Source: Patescibacteria group bacterium (GTDB lineage Bacteria; Patescibacteriota; Minisyncoccia; UBA6257; HR35). From it: 42,206 nt of DNA. Of this stretch, positions 19,240-28,529 are shown piece after piece (the stretch's first letter is position 1; every line of letters begins with the position of its first letter). Under the pieces are notes generated by a model. It was not told the origin of the DNA and ran no database searches. It worked only from the letters and a program-made list of their open reading frames with translations. The position numbers and the translations under genes are program-made. The DNA is taken from NCBI GenBank assembly GCA_040290225.1, contig PSMS01000002.1, forward strand, positions 1-42,206, in the 5' to 3' direction.

Positions 19240-20383
19240 AAAATTTTTTGAGCATTTCAATTACATAATCAATATCTTCTTTGGAAGTTTCTAAACCAAA
19301 TGAAAATCTTAAACTTCTTTTTGCTCTTTCAGGATCATTAAAAATTTCTTTAACCATATAACTTGGTTCAGCTGATCGCGATTTACAAGCAGTTCCTGGA
19401 GAAATATAAATTTTATTAAGATCTAAATATAAAAAAATATCTTGGGCTAATTTTGTTGGAAAATAAATATTCAAAATTTTAGGGCTCGATTCTTCTAAGT
19501 TTGTATTAATTTCAATTGGTAAATTATTTTTTTTAATTTTTTCAATAAAATAGTCTCTAATTGCCTTTAAATGGTTTACATTTTTTTCTTTTTCTTCAAA
19601 AGCTAATTCCATTGCTTTAGCAAAGCCAACAATCAAAGGTACAGCTTCAGTTCCTCCTCTTAAGTCATATTCATGACCACTTCCAGAAATCAATCTCATT
19701 AAAGGTGTATTCGCTTTTACATATAAACAAGCTATTCCCTTAGGACCATAAATTTTATGAGAAGAAAGAGTCATTAAATCGCATTTTAAATTATTAACAT
19801 TTAAATCTTCAGTCAAACCAGCTTGAGCAGCATCAATATGAAAGTAAATTTTTCTTTTAAACTTTTCTAAAAACTCTCCTATTTCCTTAATTTTTTGACG
19901 ATTACCCAGTTCACTATTAATATAATGCAAAGTAATTAAAAGTGTGTTTTCTTTTATTGATTCTTTTATTTTTTCTAAACTTATTAAACCATTCATTTCG
20001 GGCTTGAGATAAGTTGTTTCAATTATCTCTAGGCCTTCTAAATCAGCTAAGGTATCGAGAACCGAAGGATGTTCAATAGTTGAAGAAATTACATGAATTT
20101 TTTTATAGCCCTTTAAAAAATAAAAATAAAAAATTAAACCCTTAATAGCTAAATTATTAGCTTCAGTTGAAGAAGCAGTAAAAATAATTTCTTTTAATTC
20201 ATTGGCTTTTAAAATTTCTTTTATTTTATTTCTTGATTCATCAATTGCTTTTAAAGCTTTTTGTCCAAAAGAATGTAGGCTGACAGGATTAGCAAAAATT
20301 TCTCGAAAATAAGGATTCATAGCTTCAAAAACCTCCTTTCTTAAAGGAGTTGTTGCGGCGTAATCTAGATAAACTTCTTTCAT
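19232..20383 (-). CDS. cysteine desulfurase (NifS/IscS-like class V aminotransferase)
   Basis: PLP lysine motif SSHKIYGPKG and an active-site Cys loop SPGTACKS. Confidence 0.88.
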   Translation of the reverse strand: MKEVYLDYAATTPLRKEVFEAMNPYFREIFANPVSLHSFGQKALKAIDESRNKIKEILKANELKEIIFTASSTEANNLAIKGLIFYFYFLKGYKKIHVISSTIEHPSVLDTLADLEGLEIIETTYLKPEMNGLISLEKIKESIKENTLLITLHYINSELGNRQKIKEIGEFLEKFKRKIYFHIDAAQAGLTEDLNVNNLKCDLMTLSSHKIYGPKGIACLYVKANTPLMRLISGSGHEYDLRGGTEAVPLIVGFAKAMELAFEEKEKNVNHLKAIRDYFIEKIKKNNLPIEINTNLEESSPKILNIYFPTKLAQDIFLYLDLNKIYISPGTACKSRSAEPSYMVKEIFNDPERAKRSLRFSFGLETSKEDIDYVIEMLKKFLI

Positions 20384-20390
20384 AATTTAT

Positions 20391-20396
20391 ATTATA
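20391..20396 (-). promoter_or_regulatory. putative -10 box TATAAT, 7 nt upstream of the desulfurase ATG
   Basis: The minus strand reads gatttTATAATataaattATG, just after the ftsA stop. Confidence 0.35.
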
Positions 20397-20399
20397 AAA

Positions 20400-21587
20400 T
20401 CATTTAGAAGAGAACGGAAAGAAGTTAGAAAATAAATTTTTAAAGAAACCCCAAAAATCTTCCCAAAATCCTTTATCTTGATAATTTTTGAGAAAATAAT
20501 TTAAATTGCCAAAAGAATTATAAAAATCTCCGGATTCAATCTCAATTAATCCTTTTATTGTTTTTCCTTTTCTTGTTAAAATCCTTATTGATTTTTTTAT
20601 TATATTTTCTATTTCAGGTAAATTAGTTAAACCACCAATCAAATAAACACCATTAATTAAAGAATAATTTTCTTTTAATTTATTAAAATAATCATTGATC
20701 TCTCTTTTTTTAAAGTAAAAAAGTATTCTTTTTTCAACAAATTTTAAAAAATTTGAATAGGAAATTTTTTGTTTGCCAATTTTTAAGCTTGATTTTTTGT
20801 TTTTGGAATCCTCTAAAAATTCATTAACAATTTTTAGCCAATCAATTTCGCTAATTCCGTATTCAAGAGTAATATCTTTAATTAAATCTTCATAGCCAAA
20901 CTGAAAAGAATTGAAATTAACCAATTTTCTTTCATTAAAAACAGAAATAACAGTTGTTTTATAACCAATATCCATTAAAACACAACCAGATTCTTTGTCT
21001 TTATTTTCTAAAACAACATAAGAAGCACCGATAGGATTTGGTAAAAAAAGATCAATTTTTATTTTATTTTCTTTAAAAAAATTTTGAAGTTTTAAAAAAA
21101 AAGATTTAAAAACCTGAATTAGACCTAATTCTATTTCTAAATACCTGGCCTCAAAACCTAAAGGATTTCTTGTAGATGTCTGTGAGTTATCTAAAAAATA
21201 ATTGATAGTTTCTTCATAAATTGTTTCGTAGTTTTGAGAAATTAGAGAAGTTCTAGCTATTTGTTTACATCTTTTAATATCTTCTTCGCTAACTACCCTA
21301 TTTTCAACAATTGTTTTTGCTTTTATTTTTTGAAAATTAAAGGTTGAAGAAGAAAATGATAAAACTATTTTATAATTTTTTATTCCTAACTGAAAAATTA
21401 AATCTTTAAGAAAACCTATTACTTCCTTGTTAAATTCTTCATCATCAATTATTTCTCCGTTACGAAAAGAATTTATTTCTTTTTTAATAGTAGTTAAAAG
21501 ATTAAGTTCTCCAGTTTCATTAATTTCAGCCACACATAGTTTTAAATTTTTACTTCCTAAATCCAAACCCAAAAATTTTTCTGACAT
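20400..21587 (-). CDS. ftsA: cell division protein FtsA (actin-like ATPase)
   Basis: LGLDLGSKNLK phosphate-1 motif, MDIGYKTTVISV, LIGGLTNLPEI, and a C-terminal amphipathic helix GFWEDFWGFFKNLFSNFF typical of the FtsA membrane-targeting sequence. Confidence 0.75.
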   Translation of the reverse strand: MSEKFLGLDLGSKNLKLCVAEINETGELNLLTTIKKEINSFRNGEIIDDEEFNKEVIGFLKDLIFQLGIKNYKIVLSFSSSTFNFQKIKAKTIVENRVVSEEDIKRCKQIARTSLISQNYETIYEETINYFLDNSQTSTRNPLGFEARYLEIELGLIQVFKSFFLKLQNFFKENKIKIDLFLPNPIGASYVVLENKDKESGCVLMDIGYKTTVISVFNERKLVNFNSFQFGYEDLIKDITLEYGISEIDWLKIVNEFLEDSKNKKSSLKIGKQKISYSNFLKFVEKRILFYFKKREINDYFNKLKENYSLINGVYLIGGLTNLPEIENIIKKSIRILTRKGKTIKGLIEIESGDFYNSFGNLNYFLKNYQDKGFWEDFWGFFKNLFSNFFPFSSK

Positions 21588-21869
21588 TTATTCTTCCTTA
21601 CCAGGATATTTAATATAATGAACATACCTTTTGGCTAAGTCATAAGCCTTTGAAAATGGATAACCTTCTTCCATTTTCTTTTTTATAAAATATTGAAGTT
21701 TTAAGCGATACATTCTTTTTTCATACTTATCTCTTTCATTTTCTTTCTTTTGTCGATACATTTTTGATTTAACTTCAAGAGGTAAGCCACTTTTATTAAA
21801 TCTTGTCAAAAACCTTCTTAAAAATTGTAATAATGATTCACCCGATTTTCTTCTTGCTTTAACTCTCAT
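21588..21869 (-). CDS. rpsU: 30S ribosomal protein S21 with C-terminal extension
   Basis: VKARRKSGESLLQFLRRFLTRFNKSGLPLEVKSKMYRQKKENER follows the S21 pattern (V.V...ES...ALRRFKR...K.G...E...R..Y.KP...R). It is 93 aa versus about 70. Confidence 0.7.
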   Translation of the reverse strand: MRVKARRKSGESLLQFLRRFLTRFNKSGLPLEVKSKMYRQKKENERDKYEKRMYRLKLQYFIKKKMEEGYPFSKAYDLAKRYVHYIKYPGKEE

Positions 21870-21876
21870 TTTGGAT

Positions 21877-22308
21877 TTAATTTAAATTAAGCGACTCTTT
21901 AGCTTTTATTATTTTATTATAAATTTCTTCTAAGTTTTCCTTAGGAGGATTTTTGACAATTGAATGCATTGAACCACCACCATCATTAGCAAACCTTGGC
22001 ATAAAATGAAAATGCAAATGTTTAATTGCTTGTCCAGCTAAAGAACCATTATTAACACCAAAATTAAAGTTTTCTGTTCCGAGGGCTGATTTCAAAATTA
22101 ATATTAGTTTATGAGTCACTTCTAAAAATTCTTTTCCATAATCAGTTGGCATTTCTTCTAAAGTTTCAAAATGTTTTTTAGATATTAACAAACAATGACC
22201 AGGACTGTGAGGATGAATATCTAAAAAAACTAAAAAATTTTCACTTTCAAAAATAATAAAACTTTGAATTTCCTTTTGGGCTATTTTACAGAAAATACAA
22301 TCAGACAT
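21877..22308 (-). CDS. HIT-family (histidine triad) nucleotide hydrolase
   Basis: CIFCKI N-terminus and the HLHFHFMPR histidine triad. The ATG is at 22306-22308; the track start at 22314 is GTG. Confidence 0.85.
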   Translation of the reverse strand: MSDCIFCKIAQKEIQSFIIFESENFLVFLDIHPHSPGHCLLISKKHFETLEEMPTDYGKEFLEVTHKLILILKSALGTENFNFGVNNGSLAGQAIKHLHFHFMPRFANDGGGSMHSIVKNPPKENLEEIYNKIIKAKESLNLN

Positions 22309-23575
22309 TTTCACTTAATCTTTTTTTAATTTCGTCCAACAATTTTTTAAGAGAAATTATTTCTTGAGTTCCTTGCTCAAAATCCTTTAAAATTACTGAA
22401 TCTTTACTTAATTCATCAAGAGCAACAATTATTACATATTTTACACCTATTTTATTAGCATATTCAAGTTGTTGACTAAAAATATTTTTAAAAAAATTAA
22501 AAGCTACAGGAATATTTTCTTTAATTAAACTCTCATAAATACTAAAAGCCCTCATTTTTATTTCCTCTCCAACATAAGCTACAAAAACTTTTGGTTTTTC
22601 CTTATAAAATAAATTAATTCCTCTTTCTTCTAAAACCAATTTAATTCTTTCTAAACCTAAAGCTGATCCAACAGAAGGAATTGAATTATCTAACCAAATT
22701 TTTCCCAAATCATATCTTCCTCCACCTCCTAAAGCAATATTTTCTCCTTCAAGAAAGTATTCCCAAACAGTTCGATAATAATAATCAAAACCTCTGACAA
22801 GAGTTTTATCTAATTCATAATTAATTTCAGTATTATCAAGGTAACTTAAAAGAGATTGAAAATGTAAAGAACAAGCTTTACACAGACTATCCAAAATATT
22901 AGGAGCATTTTTCTTATATGGTTGACAAATCATGTTTTTACAATCAAGTAATCTTAAGGGATTAGTTTTTAATCTTCTTTGACAGTCATAACAAACTTTA
23001 TTTTTATATTTTCGATAATAACTTATTAGTTTATTTTTATATTTAGGTCGACATTTTTCACAACCTAAACTATTTATCTTAATAATAATATTTTGTAAGC
23101 CGAGTTCATTTTTAAAAAATTGATAATTGGTATAAATAATATAAAAATCAGAAAAGGGATTTTCGGTATTAATTATTTCTAAACCCCAATGGGTAAATTC
23201 TCTTAATCTTCCTTTTTGGGGATTTTCTTTACGATACATTTTTCCTAAATAAAAAACCATAATTGGCTGAGGTAAGGAATATAAACCATTTTCAATATAA
23301 AGTCTTAAAGCTCCAGCAGTTCCTTCTGGTCTTAAAACAAATTTTTCTTCTCTTCCGATTGATTTAAGATAAAACATTTCCTTTTCAACAACATCGGTTG
23401 TTTGCCCAAGACTTGTTACAAAAACTTTTTCATTCTCAACTAAGGGGGTTTCAATATAATTAAAACCATAATTTACTGAAAATTTAAAAACCTTATCATA
23501 AAGTTTTAATAAAAAATTAGCCTCATCACCATACCAATCTCTCATTCCTTTAAATTTAGTAAAACCAAGCTTCAT
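22301..23575 (-). CDS. hisS: histidine--tRNA ligase
   Basis: KGMRDWYGDE, LRPEGTAG, RLREFTHWG, RGFDYY and GGGRYD motifs. Confidence 0.93.
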   Translation of the reverse strand: MKLGFTKFKGMRDWYGDEANFLLKLYDKVFKFSVNYGFNYIETPLVENEKVFVTSLGQTTDVVEKEMFYLKSIGREEKFVLRPEGTAGALRLYIENGLYSLPQPIMVFYLGKMYRKENPQKGRLREFTHWGLEIINTENPFSDFYIIYTNYQFFKNELGLQNIIIKINSLGCEKCRPKYKNKLISYYRKYKNKVCYDCQRRLKTNPLRLLDCKNMICQPYKKNAPNILDSLCKACSLHFQSLLSYLDNTEINYELDKTLVRGFDYYYRTVWEYFLEGENIALGGGGRYDLGKIWLDNSIPSVGSALGLERIKLVLEERGINLFYKEKPKVFVAYVGEEIKMRAFSIYESLIKENIPVAFNFFKNIFSQQLEYANKIGVKYVIIVALDELSKDSVILKDFEQGTQEIISLKKLLDEIKKRLSENV

Positions 23576-23576
23576 T

Positions 23577-24149
23577 TTAAAAAATCTTATTGACTAATTC
23601 TTTAAAAGATAAATGGAACAAGACTCGACCCACAATCCTTTCTTTTTTTAATGGTCCCCATTGTCTTGAATCTGAACTTAATTCTCTATTATCTCCTAAA
23701 ACAAAGTATTCATCTTTTCCTAAAGTAATTTCTTTTTTTCCAGTTGTATAATGGCCTTTTAAATAATCTTCTTTTAATTCAAAACCATTAGGATTTTCTT
23801 TATTAAAAATAAAAACTTTCGAATTTTCTATAACAACTTTTTCTTCAGGAAGACCAATAACTCTCTTTATATAGTAAACATTATTATCAAAAGGTGGTTT
23901 AAAAATAATAACCTCTCCTCTTTGAGGTTCCCGAAGTCGATAAGTTATTTTATCAACAATTAAGTAATCAAAAGAATGATAATTTGGTTCCATACTACTT
24001 CCCTTAACAAAAAAAGGTTCAAAAAGATAAAATCTTATAGGCAAAACAACAAAAATGAAAATGAAAAGAATTTCTAAAAAATCATAAAATAATTTAGATT
24101 TTTTTAACTTTAAAAAAATTTTTTTCAGTTTTTCGAAAATATTTATCAT
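23577..24149 (-). CDS. lepB: signal peptidase I
   Basis: N-terminal TM, catalytic GSSMEPN, YIKRVIGLP and GDNRELSSDSR boxes. Confidence 0.9.
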   Translation of the reverse strand: MINIFEKLKKIFLKLKKSKLFYDFLEILFIFIFVVLPIRFYLFEPFFVKGSSMEPNYHSFDYLIVDKITYRLREPQRGEVIIFKPPFDNNVYYIKRVIGLPEEKVVIENSKVFIFNKENPNGFELKEDYLKGHYTTGKKEITLGKDEYFVLGDNRELSSDSRQWGPLKKERIVGRVLFHLSFKELVNKIF

Positions 24150-24187
24150 TATTATTTAAAAAATAATGAAGTTAAAATTATTATAAC

Positions 24188-24754
24188 ATGAAAAAAGACG
24201 GAATTAAAATTGTTTTCGGTTTAGGTAACGAAGGAAAAGAATTTCAAAAAACACCTCATAATATTGGAAAAGATATTATTGATTTTTATCTTAAAGAAAA
24301 AAAAGAAACCAAAACTTGCTATTATGACTTTTACAATAATTTAATTTTAGCCTCGAATAAAAGTTTTATGAATGAATCAGGAAGTGCTGTTAAAGAAATT
24401 TTAGAAAAATTCAAATTAAAACCAGAAAACCTATTAGTTGTTCATGACGAAGCTGATATTATTTTCCCTTATTTTAAATTTTCTTTTAAAAGCGGAAGTG
24501 CTGGTCATAAAGGAGTAGAATCAGTTATTAAAAAATTAAAAAGTAAAAATTTTTGGAGATTAAGGATTGGGATTCAAAAAGAAAAAAGAATTAAGGCAGA
24601 AAAAATCATTTTAGAAAAATGGGGTAAAAAGGAAGAAGAAATAATAGAAAAAATTAAAAAGAAATTTAAAATAATTTTAGATAAACTTGAAAATTATTTA
24701 CCTAATGAATTAAATCTACCAAAAGATTTTTTCTTCAATGAAAAGAATTATTGA
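24188..24754 (+). CDS. pth: peptidyl-tRNA hydrolase
   Basis: IVFGLGNEGKEFQKTPHNIG and VVHDEADI motifs. Confidence 0.88.
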   Translation: MKKDGIKIVFGLGNEGKEFQKTPHNIGKDIIDFYLKEKKETKTCYYDFYNNLILASNKSFMNESGSAVKEILEKFKLKPENLLVVHDEADIIFPYFKFSFKSGSAGHKGVESVIKKLKSKNFWRLRIGIQKEKRIKAEKIILEKWGKKEEEIIEKIKKKFKIILDKLENYLPNELNLPKDFFFNEKNY

Positions 24755-25718
24755 AGAAAAATTAAAAGATAATCTAAAAATAAAAGAAATTTTTGAAAGA
24801 ATATTTGAAATTTATGAATATGATTTAAAATTAAATGATCACCGAGCCAGAGAACTTTTTCCTAATCTTGTCGAACAAAAAATAACAATTGTTAAAGATA
24901 AAATTTTAGAAAAAGAAACAGTTTTTAATATTTCTCGAGCTAAAAGACCTATCCCTCAAGAAAAAGAAGAAATTTCTGATGAATATGATCCATTTTGCAA
25001 CGGTGATTCAAAAACAATTAAAGACGAAATTGGATTTTTAGAAAATAATTCAGCCAAAATAGTTGCTAATATTTCTAAAATGGCTCCTTATCATAGTCTT
25101 TTGTATTTTAAAAAACACGATTTTGATGATCTTAATGAAAATGATTTTGTTTTAGCTATTGATTTAGCTTCAAAATGGTTTGAAGAAATAAAAAATAAGT
25201 TTCAAACAAAAACAGAAATTTTAATATGGAATTTTCATTATCGGGCTGCCGCTTCAATTCTTCATCCCCATTTTCAACTTTTAGCTTATTACCACAATTT
25301 AAATTTAATCGAAAGTTTAAAAAATAAATTTGAGAAATATAAAAGTAATTATCAAAGTGATTATTTAGAAGATTATTTTTATTTAATGAAATTTTTAGGT
25401 TTAGGAAAAGAATTTGGAAATTTTAAAATTTGGTTAAACTTAACTCCTCGAAAAGAAAAAGAAATTAATTTTTATGGAATCTTAAATGAAAGAAATTCAA
25501 GAATTTTATGGCAAACAATTTTTCTTTTAACAAAATCAGGGACGGAAACTTTTAATCTTTTTTATATTTTTGAAAATGATCTATTTAAGAACTTAGGATT
25601 TTTTGTTGATCGAGGACCAAAAAATAAAAAAATTAGTGATTTTGGGACCTTAGAAGTTTTTTCTCATTCGGTTGTTTCTTATAATCCCTTTGAGTTTGCT
25701 AAAATTATTTTTCAATAA
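24738..25718 (+). CDS. GalT-like HIT-superfamily nucleotidyltransferase/phosphorylase (specificity unknown)
   Basis: NISRAKRP, DPFCNGD and SILHPHFQLLA (H-x-H-x-Q) resemble the galactose-1-phosphate uridylyltransferase branch. Confidence 0.5.
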   Translation: MKRIIEEKLKDNLKIKEIFERIFEIYEYDLKLNDHRARELFPNLVEQKITIVKDKILEKETVFNISRAKRPIPQEKEEISDEYDPFCNGDSKTIKDEIGFLENNSAKIVANISKMAPYHSLLYFKKHDFDDLNENDFVLAIDLASKWFEEIKNKFQTKTEILIWNFHYRAAASILHPHFQLLAYYHNLNLIESLKNKFEKYKSNYQSDYLEDYFYLMKFLGLGKEFGNFKIWLNLTPRKEKEINFYGILNERNSRILWQTIFLLTKSGTETFNLFYIFENDLFKNLGFFVDRGPKNKKISDFGTLEVFSHSVVSYNPFEFAKIIFQ

Positions 25719-25903
25719 GTCGAAGTAGGAAATTGGATAGTTGAAGTATTAGCTTCTTCAGGTAAAACTTCTTCAGGAATTTCTGAAGGAGAATAAATTT
25801 GAGGATATTTTTGATAAGCTTTCATATTTAACAAACTAAAAAAAATTAAAAAACTTAAAATAACAATCCCAATAAGAATTCGGTTTAATTTATTAACAGT
25901 CAT
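25712..25903 (-). CDS. hypothetical small membrane protein
   Basis: 63 aa with one TM (ILIGIVILSFLIFFSLL). The ATG overlaps the infB stop (ATGA). Confidence 0.4.
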   Translation of the reverse strand: MTVNKLNRILIGIVILSFLIFFSLLNMKAYQKYPQIYSPSEIPEEVLPEEANTSTIQFPTSTY

Positions 25904-27369
25904 TCTATTCTTATTATATCATTAATTTCAATATCTTTTGTAGTTTCAATTATTAAACCACAAAGTTCATTTTCTTTTACTTCTTCAACTAGTATTTTAT
26001 TTTTTTCTAAACTTATTATTTTACCTCTTCCCATAATTTCGCCATTTCTTAAAATTATAACTTTGTCTTTTAATTTTATTCTTCCTAAAACTACTCTTCC
26101 TCCTATTGTTTTTTTAGTTTTTGTTTTGCTAAAAGTAGCTAAAACTTCTAATTCTCCTTTTGGCAATAATTCTTTTATTTCTTCTCCCTTAATCAAACTT
26201 TCTAATTTTTCTTCTAATTCATAAATAACATTGCTTTCTATAAATTTAATGTTTAAATTTTTGATATGGTCTAAAATATTTTTGAAATTTTTAACATTAA
26301 AACTTAAAATTATAGCTCCAAATTCTTTAGCTAATTCAACATCTTCTAAACTTATTGGTCCTAAATCTTGTTTTATTATTTTGATATTAGTATTTAATTT
26401 TTGTGATAGTTTTAAAAAAATATTTTCTAAAGCCTCTAAAGATCCTAAATGATCAGCTCTAACTATCAAAACATAATCTCCTTTTTCTTCAGTTTTAACA
26501 AATATATGTTTCCTTATATATGTTTTTTCTTTTTCTTCTAATTCTTTTCTTATATTTTCAATATCTTTTTCTTGCCCAATTTTAAATTCTTCACCAGCTG
26601 AAGGTAAAACATCAAAATTCCCAACTAAAATAGGTTTAGAAGGATAAGCTTCATTTATTTTTCTTCCTAAATCATCTTCCATAATTTTAATTTTAGCTAA
26701 AGATGACTGAGTAATTAAAAAATCTCCTAATTTAACTACTCCTTCAGTGACAATTAAACTTGCCAAAATACCTCTTTTGGGATCTTTAAATGCTTCTAAA
26801 ATATAACCTCTGCCTAAACCATTTATTTTTGTTTTCATTTCATAAATATCTCTCAATAAAATTATTGTTTCTAATAAATCATCAATTCCCTCCCCTGTTT
26901 TGGCAGAAACATTAATAGTTGGAATTTCACCTCCCCATTTTTCAGGAATTACTTCTAATTCAACTAATTGAGCTAAAACTTTTTCTGGATCCGCATCCTT
27001 TTTATCAATTTTATTTAAAGCAATAATAAATGGAATTTTAAAAATTTTTAAATATTCTAAACTTTCTTTTGTTTGCTCTTTAACTCCTTCATCAGCAGCA
27101 ATAACTAAAATTCCGATATCAGCAAATTTAGCTCCTCTTTGTCTTAACATAGCAAAAGCCTCGTGACCAGGAGTATCAATGAAAGTCATTTTTTCTCCTT
27201 TATATTCAATTTCATAAGCTCCTATTTTTTGAGTAATTCCTCCAGCTTCTTTTAAGGCAACATTGGTTTTTCTTATATAATCCAACAAAGATGTTTTTCC
27301 ATGATCTACATGTCCTAAAACAACTATAATTGGTGGTTTTTTTACCCAATCCATAAAAATTTTCAACAT
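25900..27369 (-). CDS. infB: translation initiation factor IF-2, core only (no N-terminal region)
   Basis: The P-loop GHVDHGKT starts at residue 19. DTPGHEAF and NKID motifs are followed by the beta-barrel and C1/C2 regions; 489 aa. Confidence 0.93.
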   Translation of the reverse strand: MLKIFMDWVKKPPIIVVLGHVDHGKTSLLDYIRKTNVALKEAGGITQKIGAYEIEYKGEKMTFIDTPGHEAFAMLRQRGAKFADIGILVIAADEGVKEQTKESLEYLKIFKIPFIIALNKIDKKDADPEKVLAQLVELEVIPEKWGGEIPTINVSAKTGEGIDDLLETIILLRDIYEMKTKINGLGRGYILEAFKDPKRGILASLIVTEGVVKLGDFLITQSSLAKIKIMEDDLGRKINEAYPSKPILVGNFDVLPSAGEEFKIGQEKDIENIRKELEEKEKTYIRKHIFVKTEEKGDYVLIVRADHLGSLEALENIFLKLSQKLNTNIKIIKQDLGPISLEDVELAKEFGAIILSFNVKNFKNILDHIKNLNIKFIESNVIYELEEKLESLIKGEEIKELLPKGELEVLATFSKTKTKKTIGGRVVLGRIKLKDKVIILRNGEIMGRGKIISLEKNKILVEEVKENELCGLIIETTKDIEINDIIRIE

Positions 27370-27399
27370 CAGACATGAAAAATATCGACATCTGATGTT
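27365..27399 (-). promoter_or_regulatory. 9-bp hairpin whose 3' arm contains the infB start codon
   Basis: The mRNA reads AACAUCAGA-17 nt-UCUGAUGUU. The arms are at 27391..27399 and 27365..27373, with the AUG at 27367..27369. Confidence 0.35.
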
Positions 27400-27407
27400 T
27401 TTAAAAA

Positions 27408-27686
27408 TTAAAGAATTTTAGGAACTTTAAGATAATTATTATCTTTTTCAGGAAAATTTTTAATAATATCACTTCTATTTTCACTTTCAAAAATTTTGTC
27501 TTCTCTCAAGGGTAATTCTTCTAATAAATTATAAAGAGGTTCTAAACCTTCTAAATTTAACTCATTTATTTTTTCTACGTAATTTAAAATATTATTCAAA
27601 TCTTTAGTTAGAGCTTCAATTTCTTCATCATTTAAAGTCAATCGAGCAAGCAAAGCTAAGTGCTTAACTTTTTCTTTATCAATCAT
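27408..27686 (-). CDS. gatC: Asp-tRNA(Asn)/Glu-tRNA(Gln) amidotransferase subunit C
   Basis: MIDKEKVKHLALLARLTLNDEEIE is a typical GatC N-terminus. The ATG is at 27684-27686; the track start at 27704 is GTG. Confidence 0.85.
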   Translation of the reverse strand: MIDKEKVKHLALLARLTLNDEEIEALTKDLNNILNYVEKINELNLEGLEPLYNLLEELPLREDKIFESENRSDIIKNFPEKDNNYLKVPKIL

Positions 27687-27709
27687 TAAATAAAATTTTA
27701 TCACAAAAC

Positions 27710-28528
27710 TTAAAAAGGTAAAAATAAATTAAAATAAATCTTAGTTATTATTTCTCCTAAAATAAAAGTAGCTAAAATTCCTATAAAGAAAAAAGGAATA
27801 AAAGGAATTGGGGTTTTCAAATTTTTATTTTTCAAAAAAAGATAAAAACCATATAAAGAACCAAAAAAAGAAGAAAAAATTAAAATTAATAAGGCATCGC
27901 CTGGTTTAAAAAATAATCCCATAACAAAAACAGTTTCAACATCTCCAAAACCTAAACCCCTTCCTTTAGTAATTAAAAAAATTAAAAGAAAAATAGAAGT
28001 CAAAATTAAAGAAGAGATAATTGTCTCGGGTAAATTAAAAAAGAAGAAATAATTAAAAAGATAAGAAAAGTCTCTAATAGGAATTTTTAAAAAATAATGG
28101 TAAAGATTAAAAATAATCCCAACTATTAAAAGAAAAATTAAAAAACTTGTCTCAACTAAATAAGTATCAAGATCATAAAGGGCCAAAATAAATAAAACTG
28201 ATAAAAGAATAAAATAAAAAATAAATTCGATAAAATTTGGAAAACTTTTCCAGGGCAAAAAAATTAAACTTAAATAAAAAACAAAAAAACCAGTAATTAA
28301 TTCAGTTAAAGGATATCTTAAAGAAATTTTTTTTTGACAATTAAGACATTTTCCTTTTTGCAAAATAAAACTTAAAATTGGAATCAATTCTTTCAATTTT
28401 AAAATTTTTCCACAATAAGGGCATTTTGAACGATTAAAAAGAAAATTTTCATTTTTAACCAAACGAAAAGCAATATTATTTAAAAAAGAACCCCAAAAAA
28501 GGCCAAAAAAGAAAAATAACAAAGGCAT
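27710..28528 (-). CDS. pilD: type IV prepilin peptidase / N-methyltransferase (A24 family)
   Basis: N-terminal CPYC...CLNC zinc motif followed by YPLTEL. It is polytopic, with Asp boxes ALYDLD and GFGDVE. Confidence 0.85.
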   Translation of the reverse strand: MPLLFFFFGLFWGSFLNNIAFRLVKNENFLFNRSKCPYCGKILKLKELIPILSFILQKGKCLNCQKKISLRYPLTELITGFFVFYLSLIFLPWKSFPNFIEFIFYFILLSVLFILALYDLDTYLVETSFLIFLLIVGIIFNLYHYFLKIPIRDFSYLFNYFFFFNLPETIISSLILTSIFLLIFLITKGRGLGFGDVETVFVMGLFFKPGDALLILIFSSFFGSLYGFYLFLKNKNLKTPIPFIPFFFIGILATFILGEIITKIYFNLFLPF

Positions 28529-28529
28529 C

